Virus record (IMG/VR): IMGVR_UViG_3300032249_000480
Location: 32,001 to 96,000 of that record
Length of the DNA stretch: 64,000 nucleotides
Strand: one strand, 5' to 3'
Source of the DNA: a virus
Each line of letters opens with the position of its first letter. Positions within the stretch are counted from its first letter, which is position 1. Below the pieces are notes generated by a model. The model did no database searches. It was not told the DNA's origin and worked only from the letters and a program-made list of their open reading frames with translations. Below are positions 8,622-18,857 of the stretch, piece after piece. The position numbers were made by a program, and so were the translations under genes.

Positions 8622-11600
8622 ATGAAAAGCCTATCTAATCTTTATATAGAAAAAGTGTTATCAGAACACCCTATTTCAACATGGGTGTTATCTGATGATC
8701 TTGGTTATATTTCTTTAATTTCTGAAGAAAATAGAAAAAATCATGATTCTGGTCAATGGGAATTAACCAATGCAACATCATCACTAGAGTCTTTTCCACC
8801 AGTCAATGTTCCATTTTCAAGTTCTAACACAAGCAAAATAATTGGATCTGTGCCAAGTTTGTCAACAATGACTATTGATGCAAAAAGCGTATTTACTTTA
8901 AATGAATCAAACATTAATGAAGATTTTTCTAGCATCACTATAGGATTTTTTATTTATATAGATAATCCTTATACAAGATCAATTTCTGTTGGATATGAAT
9001 ATTATAATCTTGGAACTTTGTCCTATGTTAAAAACATAAAAACAGTTGATGTAACATCTGCAAATTCTGATTCTTGGATTTTTGTTTCTGGAACATTTAA
9101 TTTACCAACAGTTGCATATGAAGACATTAAAATTGTTATTGAAATGGATACAATTAGTGGAGGAACTTCGGGAGATTATAACTTTTACATTAATGGATTA
9201 ACAGTAGGACAATGGTCTGAAGAATTTAATCTAAAATCTTTAGGAATAAACACAGAAAGTATTCCAACAAATATTTCTTTGCCAAATACATTTAAGGTAG
9301 TTCCAGCCAAACAGTATTCTATCAATCAAAGTAATGCCTATTATTTATCTAATGACTCTACATTATTTGCTAAAAATTTTGGAATACCCCTTGCCTATGG
9401 CTCATCTAATGTTACAAAAATTTATGAAAACGTTGTTGGCGATGTAACATATCCTTCATTGATTTTTCCAGGAAGTGGATTTTTAAACAAAAGGGGTCAA
9501 TATAACACATATACAGCAGAAATGTGGATTAGACTAAATACTGATACAAATACACCTAGAAAAATATTTGGTCCAATTTCTGATAAAAATGGATTATATG
9601 CAGATGGATCATTTTTAACATTTGTTATAGGAAACAATATAGGCTCCCACTACATTGGTGAATGGAGTAGGCCTATGTTAATTGACATTAGGTTTATAAA
9701 AAACAATATAAGCGTTTTATTAAATGGAGAACAAGTAATAAATATTAATATAAATGAAAACGACTTATTGTTTCCATCAGAATTTGACAGTAATGGAAAA
9801 AGTCAAGACTGGCTAGGATTTTATACTTATAGTGATATTGGTTTATTTGAAATAGATTCTTTTTCCTTGTATTCTTATTCTGTTCCAACAGAAGTTGCAA
9901 AGCGTCGTTGGGTATGGGGACAAGGAATACTTCCACCAGAATCAACCAACTATTCATTAAATGCAAAAACCGCATATAATGATTATTCTTTTGCAAATTA
10001 TTCTTCAAACTATAACTATCCAAATTTTGCAAATTGGAATCAAGGGTTTTTTAGTAATATAGATACTTCAAAAGAACTTTTAAAAATACCAGACTACAAA
10101 CTTCCAGAATTTATATTAGATAATTTTTCATATGATAAATGGATAACAGATATTAAAGATTCACAAGAAGCAAATGCAACTAAATATTTTACCTTTAGAC
10201 CAAGTGAAGATTGGGATTCAAAAAATTGTTATATTTTCTTTAAAAATATGAACATTATAAATGAAAACTTAAAAATGTTTTATGGTGTTTTTAAATCAGA
10301 TACAACATCTAATAACGAAACTTTATTTAAAATAGTAAATAATGTCACAAAAGATTATTTAAAATGCACAATTAATGGAAGCACTATAACTTACTCAATT
10401 AATCTTTCAGGAGCACAAAGTGTTATAGGCACTAAAACAATTACTGCAAATGTTAATTTTGTCTGCGGAATAGATATAGGTAAACTCTCTAATCTTTCAA
10501 TTAATGGAATTCGTAGTTTTTTTGCAACCTTGTCAAATTTATCTTTATATATTGGAGGAGAAGAAAGTAATACCTATACTGGCTTAATGCTTAATTTTTC
10601 TTTTGATGCTGAATATAATAGTAAAAAAATTAATACTTCTTCAATTGATTCAAATGGACTATTTAATATAAATAGTAGCATTGGAAATACTATAGCCCAA
10701 CATACTGCAAACTATACTCTTAAACTTTTATATAAGTATGATATTTTGTTTGTAGATATTGCTTCTGCTGGCTATTGGGAAGACTATATTCCATTGTCAT
10801 ATTTTGCAAAAACTACAAAAAATTATGAAGGTAAAGAATATTATGACCTTGATTCAATTCAAATTAATTTAGACTACCCAGAGCCACTAGAAAGATCATC
10901 GGAAGAGTCTGTTGGTTTTTGGACATATCAAGATTTAAAAATTAGATACGAAACTCTTAATGGTTTTCAATATGTACAAACATACGGACAACTTGATAAT
11001 AATATATATAGTGGTTGGGAAGATTATCAAGATATGTCAGAAGATTCTGAAAAATATTATAACTTTAATACAGAAAATAATTCAATTAAGTCATACATCT
11101 CTTTTCAAAAAATTACTAATGGATCAAATAAAAATTTAATTGATTTTCTTAGTGTTGAGATAGCACCAGTTTCTGGCGTTATTGAGCCAGACTCATCACG
11201 TAATGAATGGGAAGATACGGCATTTGAGGTGTTTGATGGAACAATAATTTATGCACCATCAAAAAATAAAAATTTGGCCACAATAGATTTTAATAACTAT
11301 GCAATTGTTACACATCTTGACTTTATTTCAGATGGAATTTTTCATAATCCATTAAAGTTTAAGAGTCTTCAATATGCATCAAAAGTTTTAGAAAGAAATG
11401 ATTTTTCAAAAATGGGAACAAAGTTTGGAACAAATCTATACCTATATAGAAAAACTGGAACATATTATGATTTTAAAGGACACAACCCTGTTGCTACATA
11501 CAAGGGAAGCACACCACACCTATTTTTAAATAATAATTCTGGATGGAAACTTAAAGGAGAGGCGTCTACTTTAATTGAAAGAGGTTTGTCTATGCCAGTT

Positions 11601-12308
11601 AACTTTGAAAAAGGAATTAATTATAAGGTCAGTTCTATTCAAATGTGGTTAAGATATTCTGAACGAGTGTTTCCTACAGTTGGATCATTAATGTTATCAG
11701 TTAATCACAAAAACTCCATATACGATTTTTATCTTGAGGGCGATTCAAGCACTCAAAGAGGATATGTATATGGTATAGATAGATATAGTGGTAATCCATT
11801 AACAAATGTTATATATTCTATTAATGGAAATATTGTTGATACGCCATACATTGTTAATGAAAATTGGTCAGTTTTGGGAATTGGTTTTTCTGATTTATTA
11901 GATTTTAGTGAATATAGTGGAACAATAAATGTTACTGGCAACATTACATTTAATAATTTATCATATTATTTATCAGATGATTTACAACAAAAACAAAAAA
12001 TAAAATCAAGGCTATGGTCAGAAGTAAAAGATGGTTCTAAGACTTGGACATATTGGGAAACACCACTTGACATTAACTCTGATGGAGATTATTCAGATGC
12101 TGGCGAACTTGACGGAACCTGGAGAAGTATTTACGTTATAGAAGATTCAACGTTTTATAATATAAATCCAAATATTGTCTATAATGGCTATGTCGGTATT
12201 GATAGAATTATTGTTGATGATTCCGTAAATGGGATTATGGTTGATCCAGAAAAATTTAAGGTATATTCTAGTCCTGCTTGGTCAACATTTACAAAGACTC
12301 CTGCATAG
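8622..12308 (+). CDS. Large virion structural protein (beta-rich, LamG/concanavalin-like segments)
   Basis: 1228 aa, aromatic/Asn/Ser rich, YTAEMWIR and VLLNGEQVI LamG-like strands; upstream TGGTAAAAT and AGGAG. Confidence 0.6.
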   Translation: MKSLSNLYIEKVLSEHPISTWVLSDDLGYISLISEENRKNHDSGQWELTNATSSLESFPPVNVPFSSSNTSKIIGSVPSLSTMTIDAKSVFTLNESNINEDFSSITIGFFIYIDNPYTRSISVGYEYYNLGTLSYVKNIKTVDVTSANSDSWIFVSGTFNLPTVAYEDIKIVIEMDTISGGTSGDYNFYINGLTVGQWSEEFNLKSLGINTESIPTNISLPNTFKVVPAKQYSINQSNAYYLSNDSTLFAKNFGIPLAYGSSNVTKIYENVVGDVTYPSLIFPGSGFLNKRGQYNTYTAEMWIRLNTDTNTPRKIFGPISDKNGLYADGSFLTFVIGNNIGSHYIGEWSRPMLIDIRFIKNNISVLLNGEQVINININENDLLFPSEFDSNGKSQDWLGFYTYSDIGLFEIDSFSLYSYSVPTEVAKRRWVWGQGILPPESTNYSLNAKTAYNDYSFANYSSNYNYPNFANWNQGFFSNIDTSKELLKIPDYKLPEFILDNFSYDKWITDIKDSQEANATKYFTFRPSEDWDSKNCYIFFKNMNIINENLKMFYGVFKSDTTSNNETLFKIVNNVTKDYLKCTINGSTITYSINLSGAQSVIGTKTITANVNFVCGIDIGKLSNLSINGIRSFFATLSNLSLYIGGEESNTYTGLMLNFSFDAEYNSKKINTSSIDSNGLFNINSSIGNTIAQHTANYTLKLLYKYDILFVDIASAGYWEDYIPLSYFAKTTKNYEGKEYYDLDSIQINLDYPEPLERSSEESVGFWTYQDLKIRYETLNGFQYVQTYGQLDNNIYSGWEDYQDMSEDSEKYYNFNTENNSIKSYISFQKITNGSNKNLIDFLSVEIAPVSGVIEPDSSRNEWEDTAFEVFDGTIIYAPSKNKNLATIDFNNYAIVTHLDFISDGIFHNPLKFKSLQYASKVLERNDFSKMGTKFGTNLYLYRKTGTYYDFKGHNPVATYKGSTPHLFLNNNSGWKLKGEASTLIERGLSMPVNFEKGINYKVSSIQMWLRYSERVFPTVGSLMLSVNHKNSIYDFYLEGDSSTQRGYVYGIDRYSGNPLTNVIYSINGNIVDTPYIVNENWSVLGIGFSDLLDFSEYSGTINVTGNITFNNLSYYLSDDLQQKQKIKSRLWSEVKDGSKTWTYWETPLDINSDGDYSDAGELDGTWRSIYVIEDSTFYNINPNIVYNGYVGIDRIIVDDSVNGIMVDPEKFKVYSSPAWSTFTKTPA

Positions 12309-12326
12309 TCTGGTATACTTGTGGTT

Positions 12327-12722
12327 ATGGATGGATTAATTAACCCAAAAACTGGTAAACCTATTGTAGAAAATGTTCGTCGCCAAGTCATTGATAAGCA
12401 CTATGACTGGGGACTTTATGTGTATAAAAAGGCTAGTGGAGCCTATTTCACAGATGGCGAAGGAAATGTTCTAAATATTCCTTCTAATAAAAACGATATT
12501 GGTCAAATTAATAAGTTAAAGGCAGCAGCAATTTATCATGGAGATCCTGGAGACGGCAAGGCCGTTTTTGTTCCAGGGCTTACAAGAGTTACTGAAGAAG
12601 AATACTCAGAACAACTAGATAGAATGAAAGCAGGATTAATTCCTTCAATGAACGACCTTGGTGCTTGGAAGGCTGCACAAGACACTGTTGATAAGTATGG
12701 AAGAGGTATTTTAGATGAGTGA
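12327..12722 (+). CDS. Hypothetical protein upstream of portal
   Basis: ORF; ATG 12327 lies 7 nt after TGGTATACT (12311-12319). Confidence 0.65.
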   Translation: MDGLINPKTGKPIVENVRRQVIDKHYDWGLYVYKKASGAYFTDGEGNVLNIPSNKNDIGQINKLKAAAIYHGDPGDGKAVFVPGLTRVTEEEYSEQLDRMKAGLIPSMNDLGAWKAAQDTVDKYGRGILDE

Positions 12723-14355
12723 TGATTTTGAGTTTCAATATGTTTCCGCAGCACTAAATACTCAAGAAAAAGATGAGAATCCTTTTAAGAAAAGCGATCC
12801 ATTTAATCAAGACTGGAACAACCTTAAAGATCTTTTAGGACTTGAGCAGAACTTTAAACGCCGTACAGCAAGAACAGTAACAAAAGCAGTTGATACATAC
12901 AACTCTGCGGTAATGACTCAACAGCCTGCTCCAACTGATCAATATCTTGCAAATGCTAGAGCGAGTCAAGTTGGAGATGGTGCAGGATCAAAAACAATAA
13001 ATCCTGGAACTGTTTATCGTAATGGATATGGAATCTTTGACGTAATTACACCACCATACAATATGTACGAACTAGCCAATTTTTATGATACATCTTTTGC
13101 TAATCATGCTGCTATTGATGCAAAGGTAGAAAACGTTGTTGGTCTTGGATATCATTTTGAAATGAACGCTCAAACAATGATGAAATTATCTGCATCTACT
13201 GATGAAGCAGCAACAGAAAGAGCAAGAAGAAGAATTGAAAGACTTAAGATTGATGCAAAAGAATGGATTGAAGGCTTAAACACAGATGATAGTTTTACAA
13301 CTATTATGGAAAAAGTTTACACAGATGTACAGGCAACTGGTAACGGATATCTTGAAATTGGTCGTAAGGTAAATGGAGAAATTGGATATATTGGTCATGT
13401 TCCATCTACTACAATGCGTGTACGTCGTTTGCGTGATGGATATGTACAGATTATTGGACCACGCTTAGTTTATTTCCGTAACTTTGGGGCAAAGAATCAA
13501 AACCCATTAACATCAGATAATCGTCCTAATGAAATTATTCACTTTAAAGAATACTCTCCGCTAAATACATATTATGGAGTACCAGACATTATTGCTGCTA
13601 TGCCATCTCTTATTGGAGATCAACTTGCTTCTCAGTATAATATTGACTACTTTGAAAACAAGGCTGTACCAAGATATATTATTACTCTTAAAGGTGCAAA
13701 ACTCTCTCCTGACGCAGAAGATAAAATGTTTAGATTCCTTCAAACTGGATTAAAGTCTCAATCTCACCGCACTCTTTATATTCCGCTTCCTGGAGATTCA
13801 GATACTAATAAGGTTGAATTTAAGATGGAGCCAATTGAAAATGGTATTCAGGATGGTTCATTTAAAGAATATCGTAAGCAGAATCGTGATGATATTCTTA
13901 TTGCCCATCAGGTTCCAATCTCTAAGTTGGGTGGGGCAGACTCAGGTATCGCTGCAGCCCTTTCACAGGATCGCACTTTTAAGGAACAGGTTGCTCGTCC
14001 AGAACAAGAAAAAATTGAAAAGTTTATTAGCAAAATTGTCAAGGAATTTACAGACATTGTTGAACTTAAATTCAATGAATTAACCCTTACAGATGAGATT
14101 GCTCAATCACAGATTCTTGAAAGATATGTTAAGAATCAAATTATGTTACCTAATGAGGCTCGTGAGATTTTAGATCTTCCACAAGCACCTCATGGAGACA
14201 AGCCTTTAGAATTAACTGCTAGAGCAGCAGCAGATGCTAATGCTAACAATGCAAAAAATAGATCAAGAGATGCCGAAAGAACAAACAACTCATCCGATAG
14301 CCCTGCAACAGTTGCTGGTAGGAATCCAAAAGGCACTGGTAGATCATCTCAATAA
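12715..14355 (+). CDS. Portal protein
   Basis: GNGYLEI, NEIIHFK..YYGVP, YFENKAVP, DILIAHQVP; position before protease and capsid. Confidence 0.9.
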   Translation: MSDDFEFQYVSAALNTQEKDENPFKKSDPFNQDWNNLKDLLGLEQNFKRRTARTVTKAVDTYNSAVMTQQPAPTDQYLANARASQVGDGAGSKTINPGTVYRNGYGIFDVITPPYNMYELANFYDTSFANHAAIDAKVENVVGLGYHFEMNAQTMMKLSASTDEAATERARRRIERLKIDAKEWIEGLNTDDSFTTIMEKVYTDVQATGNGYLEIGRKVNGEIGYIGHVPSTTMRVRRLRDGYVQIIGPRLVYFRNFGAKNQNPLTSDNRPNEIIHFKEYSPLNTYYGVPDIIAAMPSLIGDQLASQYNIDYFENKAVPRYIITLKGAKLSPDAEDKMFRFLQTGLKSQSHRTLYIPLPGDSDTNKVEFKMEPIENGIQDGSFKEYRKQNRDDILIAHQVPISKLGGADSGIAAALSQDRTFKEQVARPEQEKIEKFISKIVKEFTDIVELKFNELTLTDEIAQSQILERYVKNQIMLPNEAREILDLPQAPHGDKPLELTARAAADANANNAKNRSRDAERTNNSSDSPATVAGRNPKGTGRSSQ

Positions 14356-14377
14356 CTGAGATGTGTGTTAAAATCTT

Positions 14378-14386
14378 TGGTATAAT
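14378..14386 (+). promoter_or_regulatory. Extended -10 promoter of the head operon
   Basis: TGGTATAAT, no -35 consensus. Confidence 0.65.
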
Positions 14387-14395
14387 AGGAGAGAT

Positions 14396-15706
14396 ATGAA
14401 TATCAATAAAGCCCACTGGTCAACTGAAGGAACAAGTGTTCGTCTCTCAATGCCTTTTGCTAAGGTAGACGCAGAGCGTAGAATTGTATCTGGTTTTGCA
14501 ACTTTGGATAACCTAGATAAGCAAAATGATATTGTTACACAAGAAGCAAGCGTTGCCGCATTTGAAAAATTCAAGGGTAATATCCGTGAAATGCATCAAC
14601 CATTAGCAGTAGGCAAACTAGTATCATTTAAACAAGATCGCTATTTTGATCCTAGCACAAAAAAATTTTATAACGGAGTATATGTTTCTGCATATGTTTC
14701 AAAGGGGGCACAAGATACTTGGGAAAAAGTACTTGATGGAACCCTTTCAAGTTTTTCAATTGGTGGAAATATCCACAAGTGGGACGATGCAATTGATGAA
14801 GCAAGCCAAAAGTCAATTAGAATTATTAAAGACTATGACCTTTTTGAATTATCTTTAGTTGATTCACCAGCAAATCAACTTGCAAATATTTTGTCTGTAC
14901 AAAAGAATGCAGATGGACAAACAACCTTTACTGGATCTTCTTCAGAGGTTGTAGTTGAGAATGTATTCTGGGATTCTACAAATGGTATTGTTTCTTTATC
15001 TCAAAATGATTCAGAAGTGAGTCCAGTTGATGGAACACAAATGAAGAATATAGGCTTTGTTGAAAAAAGTGACAATGAAAAAGCAGAAATGATAAAATTC
15101 TTAGTTGATAGTGCAAAAGGCATTAGTACAATTAAGATGACAAAGGAGGAAAATACAATGACAGAAGATACAAACACAGTCGCTGATGCAGAGGTTGAAA
15201 CAACAACCGCTGATGCACCAGTTGCAGTAGAGTCAGTCGTTGAAGATGCTCCAGAGACAACATCAGAAGAAGTTACAAAGACAGTTGATGAAGTAATTGC
15301 TGAAGACTCTGTTTTGGAAAAAGCAGATGAATCAGTAGATACAGATATTGTTAATGTAGAAAAGTCTGATGAGGCAGTCGCCACTGCCGTTACAGAGATA
15401 AAAGAATCTCTCGCTAATGCCTTTGGAGATTTAACTTCAACAGTTAAATCAATCAGCGACGTAGTTGCTGAATTAAAGAAATCACTTGATAATGTTACAG
15501 AACAAGTTACATCAGTAACTAAGGAAGTATCAGATATTAAGGGTGGAGTAGATGAGTTTGGAAAGAGAGTAGATGCCGTAGAGCAAGATACCGCTTTCCG
15601 CAAGTCTGGCGATCTAGGCGAGATCGTGCAGGAGTTTGCAGAAATGCCAACTCAAAAATCCCTATGGGGCGGACGTTTCCTCAAATCATCCGACCTATTT
15701 AACTAA
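14396..15706 (+). CDS. HK97-type prohead protease fused to an acidic coiled-coil scaffold
   Basis: RIVSGFA, REMH, SFSIGG, ELSLVDSPAN; acidic heptad C terminus. Confidence 0.88.
   Translation: MNINKAHWSTEGTSVRLSMPFAKVDAERRIVSGFATLDNLDKQNDIVTQEASVAAFEKFKGNIREMHQPLAVGKLVSFKQDRYFDPSTKKFYNGVYVSAYVSKGAQDTWEKVLDGTLSSFSIGGNIHKWDDAIDEASQKSIRIIKDYDLFELSLVDSPANQLANILSVQKNADGQTTFTGSSSEVVVENVFWDSTNGIVSLSQNDSEVSPVDGTQMKNIGFVEKSDNEKAEMIKFLVDSAKGISTIKMTKEENTMTEDTNTVADAEVETTTADAPVAVESVVEDAPETTSEEVTKTVDEVIAEDSVLEKADESVDTDIVNVEKSDEAVATAVTEIKESLANAFGDLTSTVKSISDVVAELKKSLDNVTEQVTSVTKEVSDIKGGVDEFGKRVDAVEQDTAFRKSGDLGEIVQEFAEMPTQKSLWGGRFLKSSDLFN
15158..15706 (+). CDS. Nested in-frame scaffolding protein
   Basis: Internal AAAGGAGG (15142-15149) before in-frame ATG 15158 at the domain boundary. 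Confidence 0.65.
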   Translation: MTEDTNTVADAEVETTTADAPVAVESVVEDAPETTSEEVTKTVDEVIAEDSVLEKADESVDTDIVNVEKSDEAVATAVTEIKESLANAFGDLTSTVKSISDVVAELKKSLDNVTEQVTSVTKEVSDIKGGVDEFGKRVDAVEQDTAFRKSGDLGEIVQEFAEMPTQKSLWGGRFLKSSDLFN

Positions 15707-15741
15707 AAAATATATATAAAAATCACTAGGAGGTGAAATAT

Positions 15742-16866
15742 ATGTCAGAACAAAACACAGAGATCGTAAAGAACTATCCGTCGTCAACTTCACCAGCAGG
15801 AGCATTTAACTCCGAAGGTACTTTTGCGTCAGGTGGTATCGGATCAGTATCTTCTCCAGCAGGAGGGATACTAGGTAACACAGCCACAGCAAATATGGGT
15901 GTTACTACTGGACCAAACGCCGTTAGCCCAACAGGTGCACTAGGAGGAATCCTATTGCCAGAGCAGGCTCGTCGTTTCATTGACTACGTGTGGGATGCAA
16001 CAATTCTCGCCCAAGATGGTCGTAAGGTTACTATGAGAGCCAATACGATTGAACTTGAGAAAGTCAACGTTGGTGAGCGTGTAATTCGTGCAGCAGCACA
16101 AGGCTCAAACGATTACACAAACGCTGGTGCTACATTTACTAAGGTGGAACTAACAACCAAGAAGATTCGTCTTGATTGGGAAATTTCAACTGAAGCACTT
16201 GAAGACAATATTGAAGGAGGAGCACTTGAAGACCACATCGTTCGCTTGATGACTAATGCTTTCGGAAACGACATTGAAGATCTAGCAATTAACGGTGATG
16301 GTGCAACAGGTAACTTCCTTTCAATTATGAACGGTTTCGTAAACCGCACAAAGGCTGTTGGTTCAGGAGCACACGAGTCAATCGTGACTGTTTCAAACAA
16401 CGCATGGACAACTGATGTAATGCAAAACATTATCTTGGCAATGCCACGTAAGTATCGTGCACTTAAGTCAAACCTTAAGTTCTATGCAGGTACAGACGCA
16501 TTCCAGGGTATTATCAAGCACAACGGAACACTTGCTGATGCAGTTGCAGAAGCATTTGCTAACCGTCCAGCGGGTACACCTGCAAACCGTCAGAACTATC
16601 TTGATGGAGTTGGACAGACATTCGGTGGAGCACGTACAACTCGTGTTCTAGGAATTGATGTTCAGGAAGTTCCTTACTACCCTGCAGGATTTGTAGATCT
16701 TACATTCCCACAGAACCGTGTATGGGGATTCCAAAGAGATATCACTGTAAACCGTGAGTACAAGCCAAAGAAGGACACTGTAGAATACACAGTATTCGTT
16801 CGTTTCGGCGTACAATGGGAAGAACTTGATGCAGTTGCTTACGCAGATGCAATCGCAGAATCCTAA
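15742..16866 (+). CDS. Major capsid protein (HK97 fold)
   Basis: GGILLPEQARRFID, EISTEALEDNIEG, AINGDG, MPRKY; AGGAGG RBS; strong codon bias. Confidence 0.93.
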   Translation: MSEQNTEIVKNYPSSTSPAGAFNSEGTFASGGIGSVSSPAGGILGNTATANMGVTTGPNAVSPTGALGGILLPEQARRFIDYVWDATILAQDGRKVTMRANTIELEKVNVGERVIRAAAQGSNDYTNAGATFTKVELTTKKIRLDWEISTEALEDNIEGGALEDHIVRLMTNAFGNDIEDLAINGDGATGNFLSIMNGFVNRTKAVGSGAHESIVTVSNNAWTTDVMQNIILAMPRKYRALKSNLKFYAGTDAFQGIIKHNGTLADAVAEAFANRPAGTPANRQNYLDGVGQTFGGARTTRVLGIDVQEVPYYPAGFVDLTFPQNRVWGFQRDITVNREYKPKKDTVEYTVFVRFGVQWEELDAVAYADAIAES

Positions 16867-16892
16867 AAAATAGTTCTTAATTGAACCTGATT

Positions 16893-16922
16893 GGGGGGGC
16901 GGATAAAACCGCCCCTCCTTTC
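16893..16922 (+). terminator. Intrinsic terminator after the capsid gene
   Basis: GGGGGGGCGG-ataaaa-CCGCCCCTCC then TTT. Confidence 0.8.
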
Positions 16923-16938
16923 CACTTTAAGGAGAAAT

Positions 16939-17184
16939 ATGTCATATTCAAGTACAAATCCAAATCAAACATTAAATGCAGATGGTGCATTGGCAATTGG
17001 TAATGTAGGTGGAGTTATTATAATGGGTACGAATGGATTAATTACTCAAGATAATGCATTAGGGAATATTAATGGAGATGTAATTTTTGGGGATACAACA
17101 GGACCAAATGCAGTAAATCCATCAGGAATACCATCAGGTGGCAAAAAACCACAACAAAATAATTTTATTAGTTATAAAAGATAA
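16939..17184 (+). CDS. Small protein similar to the capsid N-terminal arm
   Basis: AAGGAG RBS; GDTTGPNAVNPSG versus capsid GVTTGPNAVSPTG. Confidence 0.7.
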   Translation: MSYSSTNPNQTLNADGALAIGNVGGVIIMGTNGLITQDNALGNINGDVIFGDTTGPNAVNPSGIPSGGKKPQQNNFISYKR

Positions 17185-17216
17185 GCATTCTGGTATAATA
17201 AACACAGGAGGATTCA

Positions 17217-17438
17217 ATGACAAATTCAAAAACAGTTAAGCCTGTTAAAGAAGAAATAACAAACAAAGTTAATGAAACAGTAGCAATATTTTCTTCTAGA
17301 AATTTATATTGGAACGAAGTAGGATCTTTGATTATTGGCTATAACATTGTGTCTTCAGAAAATTCAGAAAGATGGCTGCAACATAAAGCAGTACGCTTGG
17401 CTAGTCCAGAAGAGGTGGCGAAAGCCTACGGTAAATAA
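17217..17438 (+). CDS. Hypothetical head-module protein
   Basis: AGGAGG RBS and TGGTATAAT at 17191. Confidence 0.7.
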   Translation: MTNSKTVKPVKEEITNKVNETVAIFSSRNLYWNEVGSLIIGYNIVSSENSERWLQHKAVRLASPEEVAKAYGK

Positions 17439-17440
17439 AT

Positions 17441-18403
17441 ATGATAATTAATAGACAACCACCATACCCAATTAGCATTGTCTACGATGTACCATCACCA
17501 AATGTAAGTTATCGCTTTACAATTGAAAATGATAAAGGTACTATTGCAAAAGATGTACTTATAACCTCAAGTGCAAGTTCAAAGATAACTTATGTTTTAA
17601 CTGGAGATTTTCTTGCATACGATCATGATTATGATGTTAATATTTATACAACAACAGGAACAGAAAAATATGCGGTTGTTCAAGATACATTAAATGTTAT
17701 TAGACCATATGTAGATGTAAGAAAACTAGTAACAACTGCATCAGAAATAGCAAAATATGAAGAAGACGAATTACTTGCAAGAACAATTATAAATTCAGTA
17801 ATTGGTCCAGATGGCTTTATGTTTCAAAAAAATATACTAGAGGTTGTTGGACAAGGAACAGACTATTTACCATTGTGGAATCGTGGATATAGAGTTCTAG
17901 GGGTATATGAAAATTCAGAACTTGTATATGACTTATCTTTAGAAGAACCAGCAATTACTGGATACACATATGGAGTAACAGTAGATGGATCAGCCATATA
18001 TAAAGATGACGCAAGTTTGGGTAGTTATAATCGTGCTGAGAAAAAACCACTAGAATATAGAAGGTCTGTATCAGATTCCTTTAATGCATATAGTGCTTTG
18101 GATACTCCAACATTTAGCGCAAACAATACTGGAGTTATGTTTCCAGAGGGAGTAGACTACGTAATTGTTTATGAAACAGGATATAAGGTTGTTCCAAATG
18201 ACATAAAAGATGCAACACTTAGATTGATGGATGACATTCGTTGCGGTAAACTAGATTATTATAAACGAGCAATTGAGTCTTATCAAACTGATCAGTTTAC
18301 AATCAAATGGGATAAGAGACATCTTGAGGGTACTGGCAACTTAATGGTAGATAAAACTCTAGAAAAATATACAACAACATTGCGTAAACCTTGGGTGATT
18401 TAA
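17441..18403 (+). CDS. Head-to-tail adaptor
   Basis: Synteny; YETGYKVVPNDIKDAT motif, C-terminal DKTLEKY. Confidence 0.65.
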   Translation: MIINRQPPYPISIVYDVPSPNVSYRFTIENDKGTIAKDVLITSSASSKITYVLTGDFLAYDHDYDVNIYTTTGTEKYAVVQDTLNVIRPYVDVRKLVTTASEIAKYEEDELLARTIINSVIGPDGFMFQKNILEVVGQGTDYLPLWNRGYRVLGVYENSELVYDLSLEEPAITGYTYGVTVDGSAIYKDDASLGSYNRAEKKPLEYRRSVSDSFNAYSALDTPTFSANNTGVMFPEGVDYVIVYETGYKVVPNDIKDATLRLMDDIRCGKLDYYKRAIESYQTDQFTIKWDKRHLEGTGNLMVDKTLEKYTTTLRKPWVI

Positions 18404-18404
18404 T

Positions 18405-18857
18405 ATGGCTACAGTTAATTGTGAAGCCACAGATTTATATTTTCCAATGCTTGCAGATATTTATTATCCAATAATTAGTCAAGGATCATATGGAGAAGTA
18501 AAAAAGGATTGGGTGTTTGATAGAACTATTGCACTTAATGTTATGCCATATTCCAAAAAAAATTCAGGAGAAATTAGTCCAGCAGTTTTTTTACAATATA
18601 AAGACATCTTAATTGGCAGAACAAGAACAGATTTAAGAGTAACCACAAGAGAAGTAAATGAAGCCTTAACTAACATATTATTGACTAATATCAGAACTGC
18701 TTCTGGTCAACTTATATACGAAGAAACTGCAGGACCTAGAAATGGCAAGGGTACAATATACGAATTAGCAGCATATGACCCACATCTTGCTCCTTATGGC
18801 AACATTGACTACTATGGATTTACAATTCGCAGATCAGAAAATCAAGCGGTAAATTAA
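18405..18857 (+). CDS. Head closure / stopper protein
   Basis: Synteny and size. Confidence 0.5.
   Translation: MATVNCEATDLYFPMLADIYYPIISQGSYGEVKKDWVFDRTIALNVMPYSKKNSGEISPAVFLQYKDILIGRTRTDLRVTTREVNEALTNILLTNIRTASGQLIYEETAGPRNGKGTIYELAAYDPHLAPYGNIDYYGFTIRRSENQAVN

Noticed and set aside
15001-15603. 200-aa minus-strand ORF
   Set aside because: Antisense shadow of the codon-biased scaffold; Ser/Thr/Val low complexity, no RBS seen
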